A stretch of 64,000 nt of DNA from Candidatus Hydrogenedentota bacterium (GTDB lineage: Bacteria > Hydrogenedentota > Hydrogenedentia > Hydrogenedentales > SLHB01), in assembly GCA_029974275.1 (NCBI GenBank), contig JARKSN010000289.1:1-64000 (forward strand), written 5' to 3'. Position numbers and translations under genes: made by a program. Of the stretch, positions 19,051 through 29,151 are shown piece after piece. The first letter of the stretch is position 1, and each line of letters starts with the position of its first letter. The notes below the pieces were generated by a model that was not told where the DNA came from, searched no databases, and worked only from the letters and a program-made list of their open reading frames with translations.

Positions 19051-19713
19051 CTACGGCAGCAGGCCGCGCAACATCTGGAGATTGACGTCCGCGAGGGAAT
19101 TCACCACTAGGTCCGCCTCAAAAAGCTGTTCGCGCGGGAAAGTGTTGGTCACGGCGAGACAAGGCATGCCCGCCGCTTTCGCCGCCTTGACGCCTTCAAT
19201 GGCGTCTTCGATGACCGCGCAACAGGCGGGTTCGATTCCCAATTCCGTGGCGGCGCGCAGATATATCTCGGGATGCGGTTTTTTGTGCGTCACCATGTCG
19301 CCGGAGATGATCTTCGTGAACTTCTCGACCGGAATCTTCGCGGCGGCGAGCGTCTCCATGGCTTTCGGTCCAGGACTCGATGTCGCGATGGCGAGATCCC
19401 AATCGGGCGAGGCATAGGCCGCGTCGATAAGATCGAGCACCCCGGGAAAGGTGATATTGCGCCCGGAATTCAGCAACGCCACGAAGTTGTCGTAGCGCAC
19501 TTCCAATGCCTTGTCGAGGTCAATCGCAAACCCCGCTGCATCCGCGGGGCCCTGTGTATAGCGTACGGCGCCCGTCCCCACGAATGGGAGAAAATCCTTC
19601 GGTTCCAGCGTGACCCCATACAAGTCGCGGTACATCTGGATCGTGGCCTCGGCGATGATGGCTTCGGTGTCCGCGAGGACGCCGTCCATGTCGAAAAGCA
19701 GCCCACACGCCAT
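19051..19713 (-). CDS. HAD-family phosphatase (beta-PGM/CbbY-like)
   Basis: FDMDGVLADT, ATSS, KKPHPEIY, IEDAIEGVKAA. Confidence 0.9.
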   Translation of the reverse strand: MACGLLFDMDGVLADTEAIIAEATIQMYRDLYGVTLEPKDFLPFVGTGAVRYTQGPADAAGFAIDLDKALEVRYDNFVALLNSGRNITFPGVLDLIDAAYASPDWDLAIATSSPGPKAMETLAAAKIPVEKFTKIISGDMVTHKKPHPEIYLRAATELGIEPACCAVIEDAIEGVKAAKAAGMPCLAVTNTFPREQLFEADLVVNSLADVNLQMLRGLLP

Positions 19714-19716
19714 GCG

Positions 19717-20823
19717 CTACACCCCAACCGGTTCGCCGATGCCGATGGCGTCCAGCACGGCATCCTCTTCGGCCTCGACCGTGATGGGCTGTTCGGCGGC
19801 TTTAATGGCGCTGTCCGGGTCCTTGAGTCCATGGCCTGTGAGGATGCACACGATGCGAATCTTGTCGCCTGCGACAGGTTCGAGGGCGTCGAAGTAGCCG
19901 TTCTCGGCGAGTTTGAGAAGGCCGGCAACGGTGGCCGCGCTGGCAGGTTCCGCGAAGATGCCTTCCGTCGCGGCGAGCATCTTGTAGCCGATGCCGATTT
20001 CGTGATCGGTGACCATGCCGATGAGGCCGCCGGATTCATCGCGCGCTTCGACGGCGGTTTTCCAGCTAGCCGGATTGCCGATGCGGATGGCGGTCGCATA
20101 GGTCTGCGGGTTTTCGACGACATGGCCCAGCACGATCGGCGCGGCGCCTGCCGCTTGGAAACCGATCATGCGCGGCAGGTTCTTGACCTTGCCGACGGAG
20201 TAGTATTCCTTGTAGCCCTTCCAGTAAGCGGTGATGTTGCCGGCATTGCCCACGGGCAGCACATGGCAATCGGGCGCGACGCCCTCGAAATCGTCCACGA
20301 TTTCGAAGGCGCCGGTCTTTTGTCCCTCAATGCGGAAGGGGTTCACGGAATTCACGAGCGCGATCGGGTTGGTTTCCGCGATGGTGCGCACGAGGTTCAG
20401 CGCGTCGTCGAAATTGCCTTTCACTTGGATGACGCGCGCGCCGTGAATCATGGCTTGCGACAGTTTTCCCAGGGCGATCTTGCCTTCGGGGATGAGCACG
20501 GCGCAGCGAATCTTCGCGCGCGCGGCATAGGCGGCGGCCGAAGCCGAAGTGTTGCCGGTCGAGGCGCAGATGACGGCCTTGAAGCCGTCCTCGACGGCCT
20601 TGGTGATGGCCATCGTCATGCCGCGGTCCTTGAAGGAGCCCGTGGGGTTGAGGCCTTCGTACTTGAGGTAGACGTCGATGCGTGGATGAATCGCCGCGCT
20701 GAGGTTGTAGGCGCGCACCAACGGCGTGGAGCCTTCGTTCAACGTGATGACGCAGGTTTTTCCGGTTACGGGCAGATAGCGGCGGTAGCGTTCGATGACG
20801 CCTTGATGCAACATCACGGTCAC
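19717..20823 (-). CDS. thrC: Threonine synthase
   Basis: [10 protein letters not shown] (PLP Lys), [26 protein letters not shown]. Confidence 0.95.
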   Translation of the reverse strand: MTVMLHQGVIERYRRYLPVTGKTCVITLNEGSTPLVRAYNLSAAIHPRIDVYLKYEGLNPTGSFKDRGMTMAITKAVEDGFKAVICASTGNTSASAAAYAARAKIRCAVLIPEGKIALGKLSQAMIHGARVIQVKGNFDDALNLVRTIAETNPIALVNSVNPFRIEGQKTGAFEIVDDFEGVAPDCHVLPVGNAGNITAYWKGYKEYYSVGKVKNLPRMIGFQAAGAAPIVLGHVVENPQTYATAIRIGNPASWKTAVEARDESGGLIGMVTDHEIGIGYKMLAATEGIFAEPASAATVAGLLKLAENGYFDALEPVAGDKIRIVCILTGHGLKDPDSAIKAAEQPITVEAEEDAVLDAIGIGEPVGV

Positions 20824-22103
20824 TCCTGTAACACACGCAGCACGTGTGTGGGTTCGACGATGAAATCCATTTGATCAATTTCGCTGAGGGCGGATTGGAC
20901 GGCGCTTTCGACGGTTTCGTGGGTCATCAGGATGACGTGGACGGCCCCGTTGGCGATCTCGCCTTTTTGGATGCACCAGGCGATGCTCACGCGGTGGTTG
21001 CCGAGGGCTGTGCAGACTTTGCCGAGCACGCCCGGCTGGTCCTGCGTGGTTAGCCGCAGATAATAGGCGCCTTCGATGTGGCCCATGTCGCGGATGGGCC
21101 GTTTGGGTCCGTAGACGAATGGAGCCGGAGCCGACCCCGTTCCGCGCCGGGCGATGTCCACGAGATCGGCGACGACCGCGCCCGCCGTTGGCATGCGGCC
21201 CGCGCCGCGTCCGTAATAGAGGGTCGCGTCGGTGACGTCGCCCTTCACGTAGACCGCGTTGAATTCATGGCGCACCGAGGCGAGGAGGTGCTGTTTGGGC
21301 ACCAGCGTGGGGTGTACGCGCGCCTCGATGGCGTCTCCCGCTTCGCGCACCACGGCCAGCAGCTTGATGAGGTAGCCCAATTCGTCCGCATACGCGACGT
21401 CGGCATGCGAGACGCGGGTGATGCCTTCGACGTAAATGTCGTCGAGCGCGATTTCGGTCGAGTAACAGAGCGATGCGATGATTTGGCACTTGTGCGCGGT
21501 GTCGTGGCCTTCGATATCGAGGTCCGGCGGCGTCTCCGCGAAACCCAATTCTTGCGCTTGCCGCAGCGCATCGGCGAAGTCGAGGCCATCGTAGGTCATG
21601 CGGCTGAGAATGTAGTTGCAGGTTCCGTTGAGAATGCCGTAGACGCGCTGAATGTTGTTTGCGGCGAGTCCCTCGCGCAAGGCTTTGATGATGGGAATGC
21701 CGCCTGCCACCGCCGCTTCGTAACGTAGTTCGACGCCGTGCTCCTGCGCGATTTGGCACAATTCCGGGCCGGAATGGGCGAGGAGCATCTTGTTCGCGGT
21801 GACGACATGTTTGCCCGCGCGCAGGGCTTGGGCGATGAAACGTTTGGCCGGTTGCAGGCCGCCGATGAGTTCGCACATGACCGCGACGTTCGGGTCTTCG
21901 ATCAGCGCTGTCGCATCCGTGCTGGTGCGCACGTTGGGGCCGAGCGCGAATTCCTTGAAACGTTCCGGGAGCGTGTCGGCGATGTGGACCAACTCAAGCT
22001 GGGCCGAGGTTTTGCGCGCGATCGCGTTCTTCTGCGTCAGGAGGGTTTGGATGACGCCTCCGCCCACAGTGCCCGCTCCGATGACCCCAATACCGAGTGA
22101 CAT
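20820..22103 (-). CDS. hom: Homoserine dehydrogenase with C-terminal ACT domain
   Basis: [50 protein letters not shown]. Confidence 0.95.
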   Translation of the reverse strand: MSLGIGVIGAGTVGGGVIQTLLTQKNAIARKTSAQLELVHIADTLPERFKEFALGPNVRTSTDATALIEDPNVAVMCELIGGLQPAKRFIAQALRAGKHVVTANKMLLAHSGPELCQIAQEHGVELRYEAAVAGGIPIIKALREGLAANNIQRVYGILNGTCNYILSRMTYDGLDFADALRQAQELGFAETPPDLDIEGHDTAHKCQIIASLCYSTEIALDDIYVEGITRVSHADVAYADELGYLIKLLAVVREAGDAIEARVHPTLVPKQHLLASVRHEFNAVYVKGDVTDATLYYGRGAGRMPTAGAVVADLVDIARRGTGSAPAPFVYGPKRPIRDMGHIEGAYYLRLTTQDQPGVLGKVCTALGNHRVSIAWCIQKGEIANGAVHVILMTHETVESAVQSALSEIDQMDFIVEPTHVLRVLQE

Positions 22104-22202
22104 ACATGCCCCCTTCCATCAGAGAAAAACACAACCTACGTTCGGCGAATGAAACTATTGCCGCGCGCCCGTGGGCTCATCCCAAACACGGCGTTTTTGC
22201 GG

Positions 22203-22318
22203 GAACAAGAATAGGAGTGTGGGATTTTTTGACAGGATTCACAGGATTGCAGGATGGAAGAAAAAAGGAAATGCCTCTTTCCTAATCCGGTCAAAAAAAC
22301 TTTCCCCTTATCTTGTTC
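22203..22318. repeat. Imperfect long inverted repeat with tandem CAGGAT units (REP/MITE-like)
   Basis: GAACAAG..TTTTTTGACAGGATT pairs with AATCCGGTCAAAAAA..CTTGTTC; CAGGAT three times at about 22231-22256. Confidence 0.55.
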
Positions 22319-22391
22319 GGCGCACAGTCGCGCGCGGCTTTTCAATTTCAAGAGCACGCCTATGGCGCAGCCGCAACGACACGTCCGTGTC

Positions 22392-22631
22392 TTACACCTC
22401 GAGGATGCAGAGCACGTCGCCGACGCAGACTTCGTCGCCTTCTTCCACAAGTTTTTCCGATACGGTTCCCGATTTTGGGCTGGGCACGCTGAACGCGGCT
22501 TTGTCGGTGGTCATCTCGACCAAGTCGTCTCCCTCTTTGACGCGGTCTCCTTCTTCGACGAGCCAATACGACACTGTCGCCTCGTCGGAAGCGTCTTCGC
22601 CGAGGTTTGGCAGCTTGATTTCGTAACGCAT
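22392..22631 (-). CDS. Free-standing lipoyl-domain protein (E2-type)
   Basis: IKLPNLGE..ATVSYWLVEEGDRV..VEMTTDKAAFSVPSPKSGTV; acceptor Lys in DKA. Confidence 0.9.
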   Translation of the reverse strand: MRYEIKLPNLGEDASDEATVSYWLVEEGDRVKEGDDLVEMTTDKAAFSVPSPKSGTVSEKLVEEGDEVCVGDVLCILEV

Positions 22632-22634
22632 CAC

Positions 22635-23531
22635 CTATTTCCTCCGTGCCGGAGCCAATCGTTCTCGTGCAAACTCGGATTGCATCATTTCAGCGGACCG
22701 GTAGGAACTCCTCACGAACGGTCCCGCCACTGCAAATCCAAACCCAAGGTTCCGCGCCAGTTGCTCGTATGCGGCAAACCGGTCCGGTTCCACAAATTCC
22801 ATCACTTCCCTGTGATCGCGCGTCGGGCGCAAGTATTGCCCGATCGCGATAGCCTCGCAGCCCGCCGCCAAGAGATCCTCGAGCGTTTCTCGGATTTCCG
22901 CGTCCGTTTCGCCAAGGCCCGCCATGCAGGCGGACTTGATAATTGGTTTGGGGTCTCTTGCACGGGCTATTCGCAACACGTCAAGCGATCGGGCATAGTG
23001 AGCGCGATGGTCTCGAACATCCGCGTACAAGCGTCTTACCGTTTCTATGTTGTGCGCGAAGACTTCCGGCCCTGCATCGATCACGGCGCCGATAGATCGC
23101 TCGTCTCCTCCAAAGTCGGGCGTTAGCGCCTCGACGGTCGTTTCTGGCGATCGCGCATGCACTGCACGGATGCAGGCCGCGAAATGGGCCGCGCCGCCAT
23201 CGGGCAGATCGTCTCGCGTCACGGACGTCAGGACCACATGGGCCAGTCCCAATGTTGCCGCCGCCGTCGCGATTTTCGCCGGTTCCGTTGCATCCGGCGC
23301 TTGCAGCGCCTGTCCATGGCGCACGCCGCAAAACCGGCAACTTCGGGAACATACATTTCCCAGGATCAGGAACGTGGCGGTCCGGCGTTGCCAACACTCG
23401 GCTTGGTTCGGACATCGCGCGCTTTGACAGACGGTGTGAAGATTCAGTTCTTCAACCAGCGCCTTTGTGAACGCAAAGTCTTCCTGGGTGTTCCATTTTT
23501 GCCGAATCCATGCCGGAAATCGCTTTTGCAT
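22635..23531 (-). CDS. lipA: Lipoyl synthase
   Basis: CQSARCPNQAEC, CSRSCRFC, TSVTRDDL, HNIETV, RSSY. Confidence 0.95.
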   Translation of the reverse strand: MQKRFPAWIRQKWNTQEDFAFTKALVEELNLHTVCQSARCPNQAECWQRRTATFLILGNVCSRSCRFCGVRHGQALQAPDATEPAKIATAAATLGLAHVVLTSVTRDDLPDGGAAHFAACIRAVHARSPETTVEALTPDFGGDERSIGAVIDAGPEVFAHNIETVRRLYADVRDHRAHYARSLDVLRIARARDPKPIIKSACMAGLGETDAEIRETLEDLLAAGCEAIAIGQYLRPTRDHREVMEFVEPDRFAAYEQLARNLGFGFAVAGPFVRSSYRSAEMMQSEFARERLAPARRK

Positions 23532-23900
23532 ATGCCGTTGTCTATATGGGATCGGTGTCTGGACAACCTTATCCGCTTTCGCTCGCACGGCAGGGACTTG
23601 CGAGTGCTCGCGCGCGGGCGGAGTATAGCACAATCCTTCCCCGGATTGGAAATGCGCGTTGAGGGGTGTTGGGGGTGGAGCGATCGTTCGCGTCGCTGTC
23701 CAGGAAAAAGGAAGAAAACGGAGGGAAGTTGCGGGTCTTATCCTGCTGTAGGAAAAGAGGTTATGTGCTTTTTTGCGTTGTGCGGCGCTTTTGCGAAGGT
23801 TCGTTGCGGCGGGGAATGAATTCCTGGACGATGAAATCGTCTGATTGAGTGTACGATAGAATGGAAAGGCCACGCAGCGTAGCCTGAGGAGTTGAAGGCC

Positions 23901-26318
23901 ATGAAAACGTTATACGGAGTGGGTGTGGCGTTTGTGTTGACGGCCATGAGCGCGTTTGCGGACACGGATTCGCTTCATGCCCGGGTCAGTGTCGGCAACG
24001 GAGACGCCCTTATCAAGGGAAGTGCCGATCAGGACTGGAGTTATGCCACGAGCAACACGCTGGTCATGCCGGGAGATACGGTGTGGGTTGACAAACAGGG
24101 CGTGCTCGAGATCGAACTGCCGGGCGCGTCGTTTCTGCGTCTGGCCGATCAGAGCAAGGCCGATGTCGTGGCCCTGCAACCGGACATAGCTCTTCGCGGG
24201 TGGATAGGCGCTTATTTCATTCAGCGGATGAGTCGCAGCACGGGGGCGTTTGCGTTTGCGACGCCCGCATGCACGGTGGAGGCAACGAAGGACAGCGGTG
24301 TGCGGATAGATGTGCTCCAGGATGGGGCGTCGACGGTGAGCGTGTTTTGGGGGCATGCTTCGGTGAATACGGACGTGGGGGGCAAGGTTTTCCTGCGATC
24401 GGGAGAACGGACGTATGTTGACGTGGGCATGTTGCCGTCGGGGGCGGTGCGTTTTGACAGGACGCGGCTGGATCGTTTCGATGAGTGGAGCAACGGCCGG
24501 GCGCGTTATTTGGCAGAGGGCGAGGCGAGTCTTCCCCAGGCGGTTTTTGCCGCATCGCCGCCCATTGGCGCCGCGGAGTTGAGCAAGCACGGCGAATGGG
24601 TATTCGTCGATAACGAACCGTGCTGGCGGCCGAGCGTGGCGGTCTCGTATGTGCCATATCAATACGGTCATTGGAGTTATGTTCCTGCGTACGGGTATGT
24701 GTGGGTGGACGAGTATCCTTTTGCGTACGTGACGAGTCACTATGGCCGGTGGCGGCGTCATCCCCATCATGGCTGGATATGGTCATATCGGGCGGGCTGG
24801 GCCCCGGCTTGGGTGGCGTCAGTGCGTTGCGGATCGAATTTCGTATGGGCGCCGCTGGACCCCTTTAACCGGCCCGCGCTGATCGCAGGGGCGGCGGCAT
24901 ACAGTCTGGGAGGCGTGCGCTTCAGTGTGGGCGCCGTATCCTATTGTCCGGCAGACGCCCTGCTGCTTTACGGACCGGCGCCTGTTCGGCCGTGTCCGGT
25001 GAATCTGATAGCGCAGGTCCCGGCGCAGAACGTCTATGTTTGGAACATTTGGGTTGGGAGCCATCGTTCCCATCGCGATCGCGATCGCGATTGGGATTCG
25101 GCCTCGCCCCCGGAACGCGTGCGCGAATACACGCCGCACCGCGTGGTCCGGGGCGTTGATACGACGGGGCCGACGAGCGTGCGCGCTTCGGAACGTCATG
25201 CTGCGTTGGAGCGGCGGGAAGGGCGGCGGGATTTCACGCCGGCGTCCAGACGCGTCGATGCGCGACCGGCCCCGACCTTTGTCGCGGATTCGACGCATGA
25301 GACGCGGTTGCGTTCCGTCGATTTGTCTCCCGAGGCGGCTTCGGTGCGGTCCCGGGCGGATCGGCATCGCTTGCCGGAAGGCGAGCAACTGCGCATGACG
25401 CGCGTCGACGAGCCGGTGGGGGGCGGACGGCGCGATGCTCCCGTGCAACGGGAAGAGGCTCCTGCGGAACGGCGTGACCGGATTCGTCAGCGGGAGGAAC
25501 CATCAAGGAGCATGCAGCCGCGCACCTTCTCGGGATCGGAGCAAGGCGAGTCTGTCCGGCAGAATGCCGTTCCTTCGGGACGGCCTGGGCGCACGACGAC
25601 GCCCGCGTTTCCGCAGCAGGTGGAATCGCCTATGCAAGATGTCGCGCCGCGCACCGATGCTGGGGGGGCCGTGACGCCCCGGCGTATGGCTCCGCGCGAT
25701 GAATCGTTGCGCACTTCTCCCCGGACGTACGAGACGCCGCGTGTGTCGACAGAACCTCAACCGGAGGCGCCGCGTTTTCGTGTGCGGGAGAATCCGGTTC
25801 CGTCGGAGCCGCGGATTGTGGATGTCCCGAATCGGACTCGAGCGCCTCGCGTGGAGACGCCGCCGATGGAAGCGCCGCGGATCGACACCTCTCCGCGGCA
25901 AGGGCCGGAGCGCAGCATGTTGCGGCGAGAAGGAGAGCGGCCAGGACGAACCGCGTCGGCTCCGTCGCCGCAGCCAACGGTTGTATCGGACGCGCCGACG
26001 TCGTTTTCGGGTTTTCCGGATGCGAATGCGTCTCGGGCGCCGCGGCAGGCCATGACGCCGACCGCGCCCGCTCCGTCGCAGCCGGACATGTCCGTAACGC
26101 CGCGGCGAGGGGCGGCGCACTCCGAAACACGCGGCACGAACCGTTCCGTTTCTCCCGCCACGCCGCCCCCCTCCATTTCCGGGCAGCCGAGTGAACGCGG
26201 CGCGGTCCGATCGTCCGAACCGCTCGCTTCGTTTCGCACGGTTCCTGGAGAGGTTCAGGGCGAAGGGGCGGAGCCAGGCGGCTATGACCGCGTGCGCGGC
26301 GGACGCGGCAGGCGCTGA
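23901..26318 (+). CDS. Exported FecR-like + DUF6600 (Trp/Tyr-rich) protein with long disordered Pro/Arg tail
   Basis: Signal peptide; beta-rich N-domain; YGHWSYVPAYGYVWV..HYGRW..WAPAWV..WAPL; low-complexity C-terminal half. Confidence 0.75.
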   Translation: MKTLYGVGVAFVLTAMSAFADTDSLHARVSVGNGDALIKGSADQDWSYATSNTLVMPGDTVWVDKQGVLEIELPGASFLRLADQSKADVVALQPDIALRGWIGAYFIQRMSRSTGAFAFATPACTVEATKDSGVRIDVLQDGASTVSVFWGHASVNTDVGGKVFLRSGERTYVDVGMLPSGAVRFDRTRLDRFDEWSNGRARYLAEGEASLPQAVFAASPPIGAAELSKHGEWVFVDNEPCWRPSVAVSYVPYQYGHWSYVPAYGYVWVDEYPFAYVTSHYGRWRRHPHHGWIWSYRAGWAPAWVASVRCGSNFVWAPLDPFNRPALIAGAAAYSLGGVRFSVGAVSYCPADALLLYGPAPVRPCPVNLIAQVPAQNVYVWNIWVGSHRSHRDRDRDWDSASPPERVREYTPHRVVRGVDTTGPTSVRASERHAALERREGRRDFTPASRRVDARPAPTFVADSTHETRLRSVDLSPEAASVRSRADRHRLPEGEQLRMTRVDEPVGGGRRDAPVQREEAPAERRDRIRQREEPSRSMQPRTFSGSEQGESVRQNAVPSGRPGRTTTPAFPQQVESPMQDVAPRTDAGGAVTPRRMAPRDESLRTSPRTYETPRVSTEPQPEAPRFRVRENPVPSEPRIVDVPNRTRAPRVETPPMEAPRIDTSPRQGPERSMLRREGERPGRTASAPSPQPTVVSDAPTSFSGFPDANASRAPRQAMTPTAPAPSQPDMSVTPRRGAAHSETRGTNRSVSPATPPPSISGQPSERGAVRSSEPLASFRTVPGEVQGEGAEPGGYDRVRGGRGRR

Positions 26319-26378
26319 GGGGATCGTCCGGCGGTTTGTCGCTTGCGCTGAGAGGGGCGGAGAAGGCACACTGGGGCC

Positions 26379-27287
26379 ATGGAATCCGCGTCGCAACCAC
26401 AGGGAGCCTTGGGCTCTTTGTTCGAGCGTTTCATTGAGGCCGCGGTGTTCGAGTCCGGGCTGTCGGAAAAGACGCTCGCGGCGTACGGCGCGGACGTGGC
26501 GTCGTATCTGGCGCAACTCGAGCAGATGGGGGTGACGTCGCCAGAGGCCGTTACGCGGGACCACATCATCGATCATCTCATTCTCCTTCGGAAAAAAGGG
26601 CTTTCGGCGCGTTCCGCCGCACGTCATTTGAGCGCTATCCGGCGCTTTCATGCGTTTTTACGGGAAGAGCGCGTGGTGGAGGCGGACGTGGCGTCGGATA
26701 TAGACGCTCCTCGTTTGACGAAGCCGTTGCCGCACGTATTGTCCGAGGATGAGGTGGAACGCCTGGTGGGCATTGTGGATTGCGGGTCGGCGGAAGGGGT
26801 GCGCGATGCGGCTATCCTGGAGCTTTTTTATTCGTGTGGTCTTCGCATTTCGGAACTGGCCGCCATACGAGTGCACGACGTCGATCTGGCAGAAGGCTGC
26901 GTGCGGGTGCTCGGCAAGGGGGCCAAAGTCCGGATGGTTCCGCTGGGTTCGCAGGCAATGGCGCGCATTCAAGCATGGCAGGATTGCCGGGCGCAAGGGA
27001 CCGTTCGCGACGGCGCGTTGTTCTTGTCGTCGCGCGGGCGCCGGATGAGTCGCACGAGCGTGTGGACCGTGGTGAAGCGCTATGCGCGCGCGGCGAACAT
27101 CCGGCAGAACGTGACGCCGCACATGCTGCGTCACAGTTTCGCAACGCATCTGGTCGATCACGGGGCGGATTTGCGCGCCGTGCAGGAACTGTTGGGGCAC
27201 GCCGACATCTCCACGACGCAGATATACACGCATGTGAGCCGCGATCGCTTGCACAAGGCGCATAAGGAGTTTCACCCTCGCTCATGA
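26379..27287 (+). CDS. xerD: Site-specific tyrosine recombinase XerD
   Basis: GLSEKTLAAY, RDAAILELFYSCGLRISEL, GKGAKVR, TPHMLRHSFATHL, LGHADISTTQIYTH. Confidence 0.9.
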   Translation: MESASQPQGALGSLFERFIEAAVFESGLSEKTLAAYGADVASYLAQLEQMGVTSPEAVTRDHIIDHLILLRKKGLSARSAARHLSAIRRFHAFLREERVVEADVASDIDAPRLTKPLPHVLSEDEVERLVGIVDCGSAEGVRDAAILELFYSCGLRISELAAIRVHDVDLAEGCVRVLGKGAKVRMVPLGSQAMARIQAWQDCRAQGTVRDGALFLSSRGRRMSRTSVWTVVKRYARAANIRQNVTPHMLRHSFATHLVDHGADLRAVQELLGHADISTTQIYTHVSRDRLHKAHKEFHPRS

Positions 27288-28141
27288 TCGCGAGCGCCGT
27301 CTTTTTGGCTTCCGCACTGACAGCCCTGAGCGCGCCTATCGCTCTCGAAAACGGAGCGCTGGAGATTCAGGTGCAGCCCGAGACCTTCGCCATCGTTTCC
27401 TTCAGGGCGTTGACAGAGGCCAATTTCGTGATGCCGTTGCCGGTTTCCGGAGATGCCGCGCAAGCAGCGGAATGGCTGGACCCCGGCGGTCTGGTGACGG
27501 ATGTGTTGCCGTCCGGCGAACAGGATGCCGCATTGCGGCGGGGGCCTGCTGCGGTTGTCGAGCGGGAGGAGGGGCGCCTCGTTCTGGAAGGACCGGTTGC
27601 TGCGGTTTCCGGATTGCGGCTTCGGAAGGAAATCATTTTGGGGCCGCGCGGCGATCCATCGGCCCGGTTTCGGGTCACGGTCTTCGCTACTCGGTCCGAG
27701 GCGCAACGCGTGTATGTGCGCAATACGGTTCGTCTTCCCGGGCGCAGCACTTTGCGCGTGGCGAGGCGGGATGGTACCATACGGCCTTTAGCGGGAGCCG
27801 AATCCATTTATCCGGCGGTCGTCAAATCGCTTGACTACTGGCTGATTCCCGTGCCGCCGACGGCGGCGATGAAGGGCGTTGTGCTGGGGGCGTTGTCGTC
27901 TGGCCTTCATGAGACGCGAGGGCGCGCCGTGTGGGTGCGGCGGGTCGCCTTGCCGTTGGCCGATGCCTCGGCGTATGACCATGGCGTGAACGTTTTGTGT
28001 CTGTTGGACACGCCAAGCGGGACCTTTGGGGCGGCGTTGCAGGGATGCTGGGCGGAAGTCAGCGTTTCTTGCCCGCTTGTGTTTGAGGAGGAATGGCGCG
28101 TCGCGAGTCGCGCGCGGTTGGACGGCGGGGAGAGGCCGTGA
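27284..28141 (+). CDS. Exported hypothetical protein (possible galactose-mutarotase-like beta sandwich)
   Basis: ATGA overlap with xerD; signal peptide; ALENGALEIQV; stop overlaps the next start. Confidence 0.55.
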   Translation: MIASAVFLASALTALSAPIALENGALEIQVQPETFAIVSFRALTEANFVMPLPVSGDAAQAAEWLDPGGLVTDVLPSGEQDAALRRGPAAVVEREEGRLVLEGPVAAVSGLRLRKEIILGPRGDPSARFRVTVFATRSEAQRVYVRNTVRLPGRSTLRVARRDGTIRPLAGAESIYPAVVKSLDYWLIPVPPTAAMKGVVLGALSSGLHETRGRAVWVRRVALPLADASAYDHGVNVLCLLDTPSGTFGAALQGCWAEVSVSCPLVFEEEWRVASRARLDGGERP

Positions 28142-29136
28142 ATTTTGCAGCGGAGCGAAAGACGTTGTCGGAAAGTTCGGTAAGCGCCATGTGGCGGCAG
28201 TCGTGGCTCCGTCCCGTGGCGACGCTGTTGTTCGTCGTGGCATTGGCCACGATATTTTCGCCGCGCGACGGACTTTTCCCGATATTCTGGCAACTCAACA
28301 ACCTGGCCAATGTCCTGCGGCAGATTTCCGATATCGGCATCCTCGCGATGGGCATGACGCTGGTGATTATCTGCGGCGGGATCGATTTGTCGGTGGGATC
28401 GTTGCTGGCGTTGTCGGGCACAATCTTCGCCTTTGCGTTTGCGAGCGGTTGGCCTCCTGCCGTGGCTGCGGCGTTGGCCATTGGCGCGGCCACGGTCGGC
28501 GGCCTTATCAGCGGCAGCGTCATCACGCAACTCCGGATGCAGCCGTTTATCGTTACGCTGGCGGTCATGATTGGCAGCCGCGGGTTTGCGAAATGGCTTG
28601 TGAAGAATGCGACGATCGCCTTGGGGTACGACGACCAGACGCGGGCTGTGGTGACTTTTATTGGCCAGAAGGCCTTTGTGGTGTCGACCTTTCTTCTCGT
28701 GACGGCGTTAAGCTACGTGATGCTGAGCATGCTCCGTTTTGGCCGTCATGTCATGGCGATCGGCGGCAGCGAGGCGGCGGCGCGGCTGTCCGGCATCAAC
28801 GTCACGTGGGTCAAAATCCGCGTGTATGTTTTCTGCGGGTTCGTGGCGGGCATTGCGGGCGTGCTGTATTCGTGCGAAGTGCACCAAGGAAGCCCGAACG
28901 CAGGCGTGGGGTACGAACTTGACGCTATCGCGGCGGCCGTCATTGGCGGCACGAGTTTGTCGGGCGGCAAAGGCGGCATATTGGGCACGCTCGTGGGCGC
29001 GCTGGCCTTGGGCATTTTGTCGAATCTGCTGGGGCTGCGCAATGTGGACGAAAACGTGCAATGGATGTTGAAGGCCGTCATCATTCTGGTGGCGGTGTGG
29101 TTGCAGTTGGTTGGGGCGAAAAAGCAGTCCGTATAG
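28138..29136 (+). CDS. Sugar ABC transporter permease (RbsC family)
   Basis: GMTLVIICGGIDLSVGS, FIVTL, AIGGSEAAARLSGI, YELDAIAAAVIGGTSLSGGKG; GTGA overlap. Confidence 0.92.
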   Translation: MNFAAERKTLSESSVSAMWRQSWLRPVATLLFVVALATIFSPRDGLFPIFWQLNNLANVLRQISDIGILAMGMTLVIICGGIDLSVGSLLALSGTIFAFAFASGWPPAVAAALAIGAATVGGLISGSVITQLRMQPFIVTLAVMIGSRGFAKWLVKNATIALGYDDQTRAVVTFIGQKAFVVSTFLLVTALSYVMLSMLRFGRHVMAIGGSEAAARLSGINVTWVKIRVYVFCGFVAGIAGVLYSCEVHQGSPNAGVGYELDAIAAAVIGGTSLSGGKGGILGTLVGALALGILSNLLGLRNVDENVQWMLKAVIILVAVWLQLVGAKKQSV

Positions 29137-29151
29137 GGAGGGGATGTGGTC

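Noticed and set aside
26379..27287. Tyrosine recombinase as the integrase of a mobile element
   Set aside because: Length and motifs match housekeeping XerD; no att sites, tRNA or phage/ICE genes nearby
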